Of a DNA stretch of 64,000 bases, positions 29,457 through 40,233 are shown piece after piece. Source of the DNA: Candidatus Latescibacterota bacterium (lineage in GTDB: Bacteria; Latescibacterota; UBA2968; UBA8231); NCBI GenBank assembly GCA_965206595.1, contig OZ242214.1:2144001-2208000 (forward strand), in the 5' to 3' direction. Both the position numbers and the translations under genes were made by a program. Position 1 is the stretch's first letter. Each line of letters opens with the position of its first letter. The notes under the pieces are model-generated. The model was not told where the DNA came from. It searched no databases and worked only from the letters and a program-made list of their open reading frames with translations.

Positions 29457-30590
29457 TCACTGCCAGAGCGGCTCGCCGTCGTCGAACTGGCTCTGCAGGA
29501 AATCCTCGTTGAGCTCCACCCCGAGCCCCGGCTTCTCCGACAGCACCACGTGCCCCTGCTGTATCGCCGGCTTCTCCGAGAGGATGACGTCGTTCCAGGT
29601 CGGGTCGTCGTAGCGGTGGAACTCCAGCGCCAGGAAGTTCGGCACGCTGGCGCAGACGTGGGCGTCGGCGACGGTGCTCAGGGCGCTCGAGTTGTTGTGC
29701 GGCGCGAAGGGGATGTAGTAGATCTCCGCCATGTTGGCGATCTTGCGGCACTCGGACAAGCCCCCGCACTTGGAGATGTCCGGCATGATGACGTCGACCG
29801 CCTGGCGCTCGAGCATCTCGCGGAAGCCGTAGCGCAGGTAGGCGTTCTCGCCGGCACAGATCGGCGTGCTCGTCGACTCGGTGACGCGCTTGAGGGCGTC
29901 GATGTTCTCCGGCGGCACCGGCTCCTCCAGCCACATCAGGTTCAGGTCTTCCATCTCCTGCGCCACCTTCGTGCCCGCGGTGGCGTCGTAGCGGCCGTGC
30001 AGGTCGATGGCGAGATCGATCTCCGGGCCGACCGCCTCGCGGATCTCGTGGGCCTGGTCGACCATGATGCCGAGCTCTCCCGGGGTCACCGACCAGTTCC
30101 AGGGGTCGAGCTTGTGCGGGTTGGCGGCGTCGTCGAGGTCGAATTTTATCGCCGTGAAGCCGTCCCCCCGAACCGCGGCGGCGCGCTCCTCGTAGTTGGA
30201 GTGGGCGCTGTCGACGTAGAGCCGCACCCGGTCGCGGAACCTGCCGCCGAGCAGGCGGTAGACCGGCACTTCCTGGGCCTTGCCGGCCAGGTCCCACAGG
30301 GCGATCTCCAGCCCGGTCAGGGCGGAGATCGCCAGGCCGGAGAATCCCCCCCGGAAGATGTAGCTGCGCCTGATCCCCTCGAAGCAGGCGTCGACGTCGC
30401 GCGGGTCCTGGCCGATCAGCTGCTGCGCCATGGTCCGGGTCGAGCCGCGCCAGCCGCCGTCGACGTGGCTGGCCTCCCCGGTGCCGTAGATCCCGGCATC
30501 GGAGTGAACGCGCACGTAGTGGTAGGTGTAGCGGGGGGCGCCGCTGACCTTGACGGTCACCTCCGCGGTCCTGATCTCGGTGATTTTCAT
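29457..30590 (-). CDS. Mandelate racemase/muconate lactonizing family enzyme (galactonate dehydratase-like)
   Basis: EIALWDLAGK, KFD, DLH, WLEEP, AGEN and PHN. Confidence 0.9.
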   Translation of the reverse strand: MKITEIRTAEVTVKVSGAPRYTYHYVRVHSDAGIYGTGEASHVDGGWRGSTRTMAQQLIGQDPRDVDACFEGIRRSYIFRGGFSGLAISALTGLEIALWDLAGKAQEVPVYRLLGGRFRDRVRLYVDSAHSNYEERAAAVRGDGFTAIKFDLDDAANPHKLDPWNWSVTPGELGIMVDQAHEIREAVGPEIDLAIDLHGRYDATAGTKVAQEMEDLNLMWLEEPVPPENIDALKRVTESTSTPICAGENAYLRYGFREMLERQAVDVIMPDISKCGGLSECRKIANMAEIYYIPFAPHNNSSALSTVADAHVCASVPNFLALEFHRYDDPTWNDVILSEKPAIQQGHVVLSEKPGLGVELNEDFLQSQFDDGEPLWQ

Positions 30591-30639
30591 CTTGACCCTC
30601 TCCTTTCGAACTGCCGAATTCTACGTACTATCGATTCCC

Positions 30640-32563
30640 ATGGCTACGTCGCATTTCAGTCTCAGAGGCATGTTCATCGGGGTGATTCTCTGTCTGGGCA
30701 TCGGTCTGCTCGCTCCCTTCTGGACCGTCTTCAGCTATATGTGGATCGGGTTCAATCCCTCTTCGCCGGGGGCCATTTTATTCTTCGCGATCACCGTCCT
30801 CGGGAGCGCCGTCATCGGCCTGGTCAGCCGCCGGTTGTCGCTGCCGAAGGCCGATCTCGTGCTGATCTACTGCATGTTGCTGATGGCCGTAACCGTGCCG
30901 ACCTGGGGGCTGATGTTCTTCCTGCTCGGCACCATGGTCTACCCCTACTACTACGCGACCCCGGAGAACCGCTTCGAAGATCTCCTGCACTCGCACATTT
31001 CCTCCTGGATGGTTCCCCAGGATGAGCGGGCGATCAAGGATTATTACGAGGGCTTGCCGAGGGGGGCGTCGATCCCGTGGGAAGCCTGGATCGAGCCGAT
31101 GGGGTACTGGCTGGCGTTCGTGGGGGTGCTCTGTTTCATGCTGATCTGTGCGAGCGCCATTCTGCACCGCCAGTGGTCGGTCCACGAGCGGCTCACTTAT
31201 CCGATGATGCAGTTGCCGCAGCAGATGACAGAGGGCGGCCGAGTCGGCAGCCGCCTGGCCCCTTTCTTCAAGAGCTGGCCGATGTGGGTGGGATTCGCGA
31301 TTCCGCTCCTGCTGCTGAGCATGAACGGTCTCAATTTCTTCTATCCGGAAGTGCCGCAGTTCAGGCAGGGAAGCAGCCTGAGCCTGTTCAACAACACCGT
31401 CCACCTCGGGTTTCACTTCAAGCTCGCCTACATCGGTTTCTTCTATCTCGTCGACCTGCATATATCGTTCAGCATCTGGTTCTTCTACGTGTTGTGCAAG
31501 CTCGAGGACGGCCTGTTCAACACCCTCGGCATTTCGAGCACCGAGAAGCTGAGCACGTACGAATACTCGCAGTCGGCCGATCTCACCCACCAGCTGACCG
31601 GCGCGGTCTTCGTCTTCGTGCTCTACGGCCTGTGGAACGCCCGCGGCCATCTCGCGGACGTCCTGCACAAGGCGTGGAACCCGGACGCCGGGAGCGACGA
31701 CGGCGAGGAATTGCTCAGCTACCGCACGGCGGTGGCCGGGTTTCTCGCGAGCCTGCTTTTCGCCGGCGTCTGGCTGTGGCGATCCGGGGTGCCGGCGGTC
31801 TTGGTGCCGGTGCTGCTGATCACCGGCGTCATCTTCTTCATCCTCGTTGCCCGGGTCGTAACCACCGCCGGGGTGGCGACGGCGCGCAGTCCGATCGTAC
31901 CGGCCTACTTCATCATATCGGGGTTCGGCACCTCCATTCTCGGCGCCAAGGGCCTGGTGGCGTTGAATTTCACCTTCATCTGGCAGGGGGGGGGAATCGC
32001 GGACCTCTCCGATGGTCGCCGCCTCCAACGGACTCAAGCTGGCGGAGATGGTGCCCGGACCGAAGGGGCGGCTGTTCTGGGGGCTGATGCTGGCCCTCGT
32101 ATGCAGCCTCCTCGCCTCGGCCTTTATCACTTTGAAGCTCTGTTACACGTACGGCGCCATAAACCTCAATCTCATCAACTGGGCCGGGGCTCACGGGTGG
32201 CCCTACCTCGGCGCGCGCATTACCGAGATGCCGGATGCCAACATGAGAGGCTGGCTGTTCCGGGGCATCGGCGCCGCGGTGGAGGGATTTCTGGTATTCG
32301 CGCAGCACCGGTGGCACTGGTGGTCGCTGCACCCGCTGGGGTTTGCGATTGCCGTCGGCTGGCTCACCAGCTCGATATGGTTCTCGGCGATGCTGGCATG
32401 GCTGCTCAAGCTGATAATCCTCTTCTTCTGGGGCCCGCGCATGTTCCAGGCGATGAAGCCGTTCTTTCTCGGCCTGATCATGGGAGAGGTCGCTGCCGGC
32501 GGCATTTGGGGGACGATCTTCTCCTTCACCGCGGAGACCGGGCGTATTCTGACCAGCATGTGA
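30640..32563 (+). CDS. Large polytopic membrane protein (DUF6785/DUF6784-like putative transporter), frameshifted in a G9 tract
   Basis: ILHRQWSVHERLTYPMMQLP; C-terminal WWSLHPLGF...KPFFLGLIMG lies in a second frame after the G9 run at 31986-31994. Confidence 0.75.
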
Positions 32564-32704
32564 CTTGAGCGCCGACCGGATCGGAGGGGTGGGCGCCGCC
32601 CGCGGCCGGCCTCTTCGAGGCAGGGGGATGCAGCGCATTCGTCGAAGCGATGCTGGACTTTCGCGGCGGCCGGCTTCTTCGTTTCGCAAATCCACAGGAG
32701 CACC

Positions 32705-34104
32705 ATGACAAGGCAGGAACCGATCGACGCCGGCACCGAAAGGCAGCTCTTCTGCGACGAGCTGATCATCGGGGAGATGCGCGGCCTCGAGCGCACCCTG
32801 AACCAGCCGGTCCGCTACGCCGGCAACCCGCTGATGTTCCCCATCCATCCCTGGGAGGGCCGCCTCGAGCTCTACGGCACGGTGCTGCGCGACGCGGACG
32901 GCTCCTTCCGCATGTGGTACACCGGGCTCGGCGCCATGGGGGTCGCCGGCATGGGAGCGACCCCGGGAAAGTGGGCGCATCTCGGCTTCGACCCGGCGAA
33001 CCTCCTCTACAGCTACTGCTACGCGGTTTCGAAGGACGGCATCTTCTGGGAGCGCCCCAACCTCGGACTGGTGGAGTACGGCGGCTCGAAGGAGAACAAC
33101 CTCCTCATGCTCGACGCGGCCGGGGGCAACGTCTGCCGCGACGACCGCCTCCCCGACCCGGAGCGCCGCTACAAGGCCCTCTTCTACGAGGCGCGCGATC
33201 CGGGCGGCACGCCGAACGAAGGGGACGGGGTCTCCGTCGCCTTCTCCCCCGACGGCCTGAGCTGGACGAAATACCAGGGCAACCCGGTGATCCGCAGGGC
33301 GAGCGACTCCCACAGGCTGCTGGGGTGGGACGACCGCCACCGGGCCTGGGTCGCCTACTGCCGCCCCACGGTGCACGAGGGCAACCCGGTGCGCCGCATC
33401 GGACGCTGCACCAGCGACGACTTCATCCACTGGAACGACCCCGAGGAGGTGCTGGTCCCCGACGAACGGGACCCGCCCGGGACGCAGTTCTACTGCATGG
33501 CGGTGTTCCGCTGCGCCGGTCTCTACATCGGCCAGCTGCACGTCTACCACACCAACCCGGAGGAGCCCCACATCCGCTTCTACGGGACCATCGACATCCA
33601 GCTCGCGGTCAGCCGCGACGGGGTCCGCTGGGAGCGGGTTTGCGATCGGGCCGGGTTCATGGAGAACGGGCCTGCCGGCAGCGACGACGCCGGTGAAATC
33701 TACATGGCGAACGCCCCTGTCCCTGCAGCGTCGAGCACGGGCCAACCGGCCGCAGCGGGCCGATCAACCTCGCCAAGCTGCGGCTCGACGGCTTCGTGTC
33801 GGTCGACGCCGGAGCGGAAACGGGCACCCTGGTCACCAGGCCGTTCCGCTGCGAAGGGGGCTCCCTGAGGATCAACGCCTCCGCGCGCGGAGGCGAGGTG
33901 TCGGTCGCCGTCCTCGACGCGGACGGGGTGCAGCAGGACGGTTTCGGCAAGGCGGACAGCGCCCTGTTCGACGGCGACTCGGTGCGCTGCGAGATGACCT
34001 GGAGGCGCGCCTGTTACGACGATCTCAGGGGCCGGGTGATCCGCCTCAAGTTCTACCTGCGCAACGCCCGCCTCTACTCCTTTCAGCAGGGCCCCGGCCA
34101 ATGA
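32705..34104 (+). pseudogene. Glycoside-hydrolase-like five-bladed beta-propeller protein with a frameshift near 33720
   Basis: CYAVSKDGIFWERPNLG, FSPDGLSW and VSRDGVRW. The tail INLAKLRLDGFVSVDAG...LKFYLRNARLYSF is in another frame. Confidence 0.72.
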
Positions 34105-34187
34105 ACGCGACCGAGTTTCAGGTGCAGTCCGGCGGCACCGAGCTGAAATGCACCCTCGCCGTTCCGGAGGAGGGGCTCGCCGAATGA
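34101..34187 (+). other. 28-codon mini-ORF duplicating the N-terminus of the next gene
   Basis: [28 protein letters not shown] vs [28 protein letters not shown]; ATGA overlaps on both sides. Confidence 0.8.
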
Positions 34188-34990
34188 ACACGACCGAGTT
34201 CCCGGTGCCGACAGGCGATGTCGAGCTGAAATGCACTCTCGCCGTTCCCGAGGACGGGCTCGCCGGGGAGCACTCGGCGCTGCTGCTCAACATCAGCGCC
34301 ACCGCCGGCCTCGCCCTCCGCGACGAGACCCAGAACCACCCGACGCAGCCGTTTCTCGACGCCGGGCACTTCGTCGCAAGCTTCGACCTGCCCTGCCACG
34401 GGGAGCGCGTCAGCCCCGGGCACGGCGAGAACCTCCACGGCATGGGCAGGGCCTTCCTCGCCGGTGAGGACCCGTTCGCGCAGTTCGTCCGCGACGGCCA
34501 AGCGGTGGTGGACGCCTGCCTCGTGCGGGGCGCCGGCAACGCCAGGGTCGTCGGCTACGGGGTCTCGCGCGCCGGGTACTGCCTGCTGCGCCTGGCCGCG
34601 GCCGATCCCCGCCTGCGGGCGGTTGCCGCCCTCTCCCCGGTGACCGACTGGGGCATCCCCGAGGAGTTCACCGAAACCTGCCCCCGCACCCACACCTGGC
34701 CGCTGCGCATCCACCACTGGGTGGGGGAACTCGCCACGACCGCCGTCTACCTCAGCGTCGGCAGTCAGGACGACGTCGTCGGCACCCGGGCCTGCGTCGA
34801 CTTCGCCATGGAGCTGTTCGAGATCCAGCGCCGCGAGCTGCAGCAGGACACCCTACTCGGCCAGCTCCACGTCGTCGACTCCCCCGGCCACTCGCCGTCG
34901 CGGGAGTCGCGCCTCGACGCCACCCGCTTTCTGCTGGAGTTCTGCGGGAAGGGGCATCCGGCGCCCCCGAAGCGGGAGACCGGGCCGTGA
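34184..34990 (+). CDS. Alpha/beta hydrolase
   Basis: SFDLPCHG, nucleophile elbow GVSRAG, D in SQDDVVG and H in SPGH. Confidence 0.8.
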   Translation: MNTTEFPVPTGDVELKCTLAVPEDGLAGEHSALLLNISATAGLALRDETQNHPTQPFLDAGHFVASFDLPCHGERVSPGHGENLHGMGRAFLAGEDPFAQFVRDGQAVVDACLVRGAGNARVVGYGVSRAGYCLLRLAAADPRLRAVAALSPVTDWGIPEEFTETCPRTHTWPLRIHHWVGELATTAVYLSVGSQDDVVGTRACVDFAMELFEIQRRELQQDTLLGQLHVVDSPGHSPSRESRLDATRFLLEFCGKGHPAPPKRETGP

Positions 34991-35991
34991 TCCCGCTGTC
35001 GATCCTCGACCTCGCCCCGATCCGCCTGGGGAGCGACGCGGCCGCGGCCTTCCGCACCATGCGCGCCCAGGCGCGGCACGCCGAGAAGCTCGGGTTCCAC
35101 CGCTACTGGATCGCCGAGCACCACAACATGGCCGGCATCGGCAGCGCCGCCACCTCGGTCCTGATCGCCCACGTCGCCGAGGCGACCGAGCGGATGCGGG
35201 TCGGCTCCGGCGGCATCATGCTGCCCAACCACGCCCCCCTGGTGATCGCCGAGCAGTTCGGCACCCTCGAGTCCCTCTACCCCGGGCGCATCGACCTCGG
35301 CCTCGGCAGGGCCCCGGGCACCGACCTGCTGACCGTGCGCGCCCTGCGGCGGGAACGGATCGGCAGCGACCAGCAGTTCCCGCGCGACGTCCTCGAGCTG
35401 CAGGCCTACTTCCGCGACCCGGAGCCGGACCAGGCGGTGCGCGCGGTGCCGGGCGCCGGGCTGCGGGTGCCGATCTGGCTGCTCGGGTCGAGCCTGTTCA
35501 GCGCCCAGCTCGCCGCCCACCTCGGGCTGCCCTACGCCTTCGCCTCCCACTTCGCCCCGGCCCTTCTCGCCGACGCCCTGTACGTGTACCGCACCACCTT
35601 CAGGCCCTCGGAACAGCTGGCGCAGCCGTACGCGATGGTCGGAGTCAACGTCGCCGCCGCGGACAGCGACGAGGAGGCGCGGCGGCTGTTCACCTCGCAG
35701 CAGGTGCAGTCGATCGGCATGATGCGTGGCCGGCGCGACCAGCTCGGCCCTCCGGTCGACGACATCGAGACCTGCTGGACCGGCCTGGAGAAGCCCGCGG
35801 TCGAGGAGAAGCTGAGCTGCTCCGCCGTCGGTTCCCCGGAGGCGGTGGAGGCAGGGATCAACGACCTTGTCCAACGGACGGGCGCCGACGAGCTGATCAC
35901 CACCTGCCGCATCTTCGACCAAGCGGCATGCCACCGCTCGCTCGAGATCCTGGCCGCGGTGCGGGAAAAATGCGGTTCAACCGACAATTGA
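34987..35991 (+). CDS. LLM-class flavin-dependent oxidoreductase (luciferase-like, YhbW group)
   Basis: [29 protein letters not shown] and WLLGSS. Confidence 0.92.
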   Translation: MIPLSILDLAPIRLGSDAAAAFRTMRAQARHAEKLGFHRYWIAEHHNMAGIGSAATSVLIAHVAEATERMRVGSGGIMLPNHAPLVIAEQFGTLESLYPGRIDLGLGRAPGTDLLTVRALRRERIGSDQQFPRDVLELQAYFRDPEPDQAVRAVPGAGLRVPIWLLGSSLFSAQLAAHLGLPYAFASHFAPALLADALYVYRTTFRPSEQLAQPYAMVGVNVAAADSDEEARRLFTSQQVQSIGMMRGRRDQLGPPVDDIETCWTGLEKPAVEEKLSCSAVGSPEAVEAGINDLVQRTGADELITTCRIFDQAACHRSLEILAAVREKCGSTDN

Positions 35992-36001
35992 GGAGAAAGT
36001 C

Positions 36002-36958
36002 ATGGAAGCTTTGAGAATCAGGGAAATGCTGCACGCCGCTCTTTGCCTCCTCCTGCTGGCAGTGTCGGCCGGCGCCCACGCCGGCGGCCGCGTCTATCCG
36101 ATTGCCTATCTCACCGACGGGATGCTGGCGGAAATCCAGCTTGACGACGCATCGGTGGACGAGTGGTATTCGTTGATCGGCGAGCCCACCATGACGCTGC
36201 TCGACTTCGAAGATGAGGCGCTTGGCTCGGAACTGGATCCGTCCGACCTCGACTTCGGCATCTGGCTGGCCTGGCACGACGACCCTGCCCGCCTGTACGT
36301 GGCCTTTGCGGCCAGCGATGACCTGTACAGGAACACCCATGACTACGGCTCGGATGAATTTGAAGATTCCATGTATTTCCAGGACGGCATCTTCCTGGCA
36401 ATCGACGCAGACCACAGCGGGGGGCAGGGGATTGCAGGACTCGAGCCTTCGGAGTGGCTGGAGGTTTTCGGGCAAACCCAGTTTTACACCGCCATTTCCT
36501 ACACCGGCAGCGGACCGACCTTGGCAGACGAGGGAATGACAGCCCAGACGGGAACATTCGCCTGGACGGTCCTCCCTCCCTTCGCGGAGGCAGGCGGCGG
36601 CACAGGCGGGGAAAACCCGGCCTTCAGCGTGATCGAGCTGTACGTCACCCCGTTCGACCGGTTCGGAGCCTGGGACAGCTCCGAAGGAAGCCTGGTCAAC
36701 GACCTGGAGGCGGGAAAGATCATCGGCTTTGCGATTGCCGCAAACGACTTGGATCCGCCTGATTTCCCGACAACCTGGACACCCGAAGCCATGGAACCTT
36801 CCGGGGATTTTACCCCCGCCCTCCTCCTGACCCAACGTCGAGGGGACAGCTTCATCGACGGCATGCTCCTGTCCTCCGACCCGGCCGGGCAGGAAAACGG
36901 CTCTGCCGTGGAATCGGTTTCCTGGGGCCGGATCAAGGCCTCTCTGGAGATTGATTAG
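36002..36958 (+). CDS. Secreted protein, possibly CBM9-like fold, ending in AVESVSWGRIKASLEID
   Basis: GAGGAG RBS, signal peptide, acidic body; paralog of 46302-47246. Confidence 0.78.
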   Translation: MEALRIREMLHAALCLLLLAVSAGAHAGGRVYPIAYLTDGMLAEIQLDDASVDEWYSLIGEPTMTLLDFEDEALGSELDPSDLDFGIWLAWHDDPARLYVAFAASDDLYRNTHDYGSDEFEDSMYFQDGIFLAIDADHSGGQGIAGLEPSEWLEVFGQTQFYTAISYTGSGPTLADEGMTAQTGTFAWTVLPPFAEAGGGTGGENPAFSVIELYVTPFDRFGAWDSSEGSLVNDLEAGKIIGFAIAANDLDPPDFPTTWTPEAMEPSGDFTPALLLTQRRGDSFIDGMLLSSDPAGQENGSAVESVSWGRIKASLEID

Positions 36959-36984
36959 CCGGCGTACCTGCCCCGCCGGAGGGG

Positions 36985-37116
36985 CTGGTCGTCTACAACG
37001 TGCTGGGCCGGCACCATGGTGGATCAGTTCCAGGCCGGCGTTGTACCAGATCCAGTGGGATGCCCGCGACCAGCGGGGCGCGGCGGTGGTGGCGGGGCTG
37101 TATACCACTCGCCTGA
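36985..37116 (+). pseudogene. Degraded orphan FlgD-like C-terminal fragment
   Basis: LVVYNVLG / MVDQFQAG / LYQIQWDARDQRGAAVVAGLYTTRL, read across frameshifts. Confidence 0.7.
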
Positions 37117-37217
37117 TCCGAGATCTCGGCCGTCGTTCGCGGCAAGCCCCGCCAGGGTCTCGCGGCCCGGAAGCGTCTTACAGCCCAAAATCCAGGATCG
37201 CTCCTCAAGCCGATAGC

Positions 37218-37303
37218 GGCAGGGATCATCGCCCTCGTCGAACAGACCTGTGCCCCACGAAATGATCACCACCTGCCGCATCTTCGACCCCGCGGCCTGC
37301 CAC
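37218..37303 (+). repeat. Diverged copy of the LLM gene 3' segment (35850-35934)
   Basis: Both copies contain GGCAGGGATCA...TGATCACCACCTGCCGCATCTTCGACC...GCGGCnTGCCAC. Confidence 0.85.
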
Positions 37304-37544
37304 GCCCAAGCAGACTCTTGGCGAGCGAGTGTCCAACGTGCCATTTCACCAGGGCGTGTTGGGGACGCTTGTCCGCCGATTGTGTTTGCACAAGAAAAAT
37401 CAAAAAACCTGCAGCCTGGGATTCGACCAGGAAATCAATTGGCCCGGCCCGGCAAAATCGGCGGTCTCTGTGTTGATCAGGGAGGAAGACGGATAACCCC
37501 TTTCGGGACCAAGAAACGATATTGCCCCACCCTGGTCCTGCTCC

Positions 37545-37616
37545 CGCGTGTACCCGATTCCGGAGCTCACTGATGAGATGCTGGCCAAGATCCGGCTCGA
37601 CGATGGATCGGTAGAC
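37545..37616 (+). pseudogene. N-terminal fragment of a third paralog of the SWxRIKA secreted family
   Basis: RVYPIPELTDEMLAKIRLDDGSVD vs RVYPIAYLTDGMLAEIQLDDASVD in 36002-36958. Confidence 0.78.
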
Positions 37617-37849
37617 GGGCACGTCAATTGAAACACATAATGTGGTATCGACATCGGGCCTCCCGGGGCGGAACCGCGCGCGTGCAACAGCCCGGGCTTC
37701 TTTTCGGGTATCGGCGACGAAGGGAACGTCTCATGAAGCGGGATAATTGCAGATCGTCTGCGAGTTGCAGAGTTTGACCAACCACCGAAAGTGCCGCCTG
37801 CCGCTCCCGGCGCCCTTCCATCCCTACCGGGTCTCCGAAACCCCACCCA

Positions 37850-39829
37850 ATGCTTCTGAACCTTCGACTATCGGCAATCACTTTTGCGGTGGTTTGCACG
37901 GCGGCCACGGGAGACGCACTGACCGTATACCGCCTGGGCGGGGAAGATGTACCGGAGCCCGACCATGAAGGCGCGGCTTTCGATTTCGTGCAGCTTCACT
38001 GGGAAGACGTCGATGCCGACCGCTTCGGAGATTCGGTCGGCATGGATATCCAGCCCGGCGCGGTCGCCCCGGAGGCCATGGACGCCAATGTGAATCTGAC
38101 GCCCACCACGCTGGACGGGAACTTCCATTTCCTGGGGTGGAGATCGTGGGAGGCCGTCCAGGGTACGGGATCCTCGTATCAAGGATGGTCCGTTCGCATG
38201 GGAGACGAGGATGCCGATACCTATTACACTGATTACAGGGGCACTACCTACCTGTTCGATCTGCAACGGCTGGTCCACCTCGAGCGCATACGTTTCTACA
38301 CCCGTCATGATGACGGCACCCTCATCACGTGCGGATTCAGCTGGAGGGTTGCGGCCACGTGCAGGTCCGGCGGCCAGGACCCGGTTCCCCGGTTCCTGAT
38401 CGGCACGAACGACGGAGGCCCTGCCAGGGACGGGGCGCGGCCATACAAACCGTCGTATGGGAGCAAAGTCGACCCGGCGATGCGCTACGACTTCGACATA
38501 GCACACGAGGGCCCGGGTCATGACGTGGTCGATCTGAGTTTCCCTTCCATTCCCACCCGGCGCCTGCTCTTCCAGGTTTTCGGCTTTGGAGACTTGTGGT
38601 GGGAGGTTGCCGAATTCGAGATCTACGCCAGCGGCTTTGTCCCGTTCGCGAGATACACATCCAACGTCATCGACCTTGGCGAAGCGCTCAGCCTGGGAGA
38701 GCTGTCCTGGGCTGGACAGGAGGGGGAAGATCCGGAGGCCCGCGTCGACATCACCATGCGCAGCGGCGACGACGACCAGCCGGACGTATTCTGGCGCAAA
38801 ACCTTCAGGGGGGACGAACAGGTCCCCTTTTCAGAGTCCGGCGCGCTCCTTACGCGCCCCCAGTACAATCGCCTTGGACCGGGGGAGAAAGGGAATGTCA
38901 CCCACGACAAGGAAAACTGGCTGAGCTGGAACGCCGCCTACGACTTCCTCGCCGGAAGGGGAAACCCCAACGCCGACCGGCCACGCCGCTTTGCGCAGTT
39001 CGAAGTCGCCTTCCATTCCACCCCCGAGTCGGGCGGCCGGGTCGACTACCTGCAGTTCGCGGCTTCGCCACCCCTGGTCACTCGTGCGACAGCCGAGATC
39101 GCCCCCGCCGCTGCCGCCGCTGGCGAGGTCACCTCCTTCACCTACCAGGTGCGGCCCCGGATCGAGCCAGGTGATCCCGGCTTCGACGGCATCGCAATCG
39201 ATACCCCCGCACGCATCGTCAGCGTCGAGCCCGTGGCTCGCCTGGACGGCGCCGGCCTCGACCTCACCGTTACGCGGCTGGATGAAAAGGGCTTCGCCCT
39301 GCAGATCCCGCGGATCGATTCGAACCACAACGGAATGCTCATCGAGCTGACCTTCCAGGCCCGGGTCTTCGACTACGACACCCCCTTCGCAGCCCGCCTC
39401 TCAGACAGCGGCGCGCCGTTCGAGGTGCCGCAACCCGTCACCGAGGGGGACGCAGACGAGTTGAACGACAGCAACCGAACACGGGTAGCCCTCACCACCA
39501 TTCCAGATCAGTCGATCAGGAGTTTGCGCCTGTCATCGCCTGTGTTTTCCCCGAATGGCGACCGCGTCAACGATGTCCTGCAGATCGATTACGAGTTGAT
39601 GAATCTCAGCGGCGCGGTGCCCGTATCAATCGCCGTCTACGATCTGACAGGCCGGCAGGTCGGTGGGGTCGGGCCTGGAGGCAGCGCCGTCAGCGGACCT
39701 TCCAGCGTTTCCTGGGATGGTACCGGCGACCAGGGCCGGCTGGCACCGGGGCTCTACCTGCTGCAGCTCGAGGTCGAAACCGACACCGGCAGGGACCGTG
39801 CCCAGCGTCTCGTCGCCATCGCTTACTAG
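37850..39829 (+). CDS. Secreted protein with a C-terminal FlgD-Ig / T9SS-CTD-like domain
   Basis: Signal peptide; VAEFEIYASGF..ARYTSNVIDLG; FSPNGDRVND, VYDLTGRQV, WDG and PGLYLLQL. Confidence 0.82.
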   Translation: MLLNLRLSAITFAVVCTAATGDALTVYRLGGEDVPEPDHEGAAFDFVQLHWEDVDADRFGDSVGMDIQPGAVAPEAMDANVNLTPTTLDGNFHFLGWRSWEAVQGTGSSYQGWSVRMGDEDADTYYTDYRGTTYLFDLQRLVHLERIRFYTRHDDGTLITCGFSWRVAATCRSGGQDPVPRFLIGTNDGGPARDGARPYKPSYGSKVDPAMRYDFDIAHEGPGHDVVDLSFPSIPTRRLLFQVFGFGDLWWEVAEFEIYASGFVPFARYTSNVIDLGEALSLGELSWAGQEGEDPEARVDITMRSGDDDQPDVFWRKTFRGDEQVPFSESGALLTRPQYNRLGPGEKGNVTHDKENWLSWNAAYDFLAGRGNPNADRPRRFAQFEVAFHSTPESGGRVDYLQFAASPPLVTRATAEIAPAAAAAGEVTSFTYQVRPRIEPGDPGFDGIAIDTPARIVSVEPVARLDGAGLDLTVTRLDEKGFALQIPRIDSNHNGMLIELTFQARVFDYDTPFAARLSDSGAPFEVPQPVTEGDADELNDSNRTRVALTTIPDQSIRSLRLSSPVFSPNGDRVNDVLQIDYELMNLSGAVPVSIAVYDLTGRQVGGVGPGGSAVSGPSSVSWDGTGDQGRLAPGLYLLQLEVETDTGRDRAQRLVAIAY

Positions 39830-39916
39830 TCTCCGCATCGCAAGGACTGACGGAACTGACCTGGCGCGCAAGCAGGCGAACGAGCGAGGGCGGCCGGATT
39901 CACCCGGGTGCCGGCG

Positions 39917-40010
39917 CTGGAAATCTGTGTTTTGGAGGTAGCCACCGGGGAGGTGGTCAAGGTTACTGATCACCCCGGAAAGGACTGGAATCCGGCGTGG
40001 TCCACCCCGT
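39917..40010 (+). pseudogene. TolB/PD40-like repeat fragment
   Basis: EICVLEVATGEVVKVTDHPGKDWNPAWS. Confidence 0.5.
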
Positions 40011-40233
40011 CTCTAGACTGGGGTTGCCAACCTGTCGGAGTCCTGACATTTCCCGTACCGGCATTGTTGCAGGGGCAGCGAGGAAGGATTGTAACCTGCT
40101 TTCAGGCGACAGAGACAAGGTCTTCAGCCGGACAAGCCGGCCCATACAACCGCGGCACCAAGCAAGCCTCATGGCGCACGGGCCCTGATTTGACCAGTTT
40201 GTCTCCCCCTTCCGCCGCGACCAACTTCAGCCG

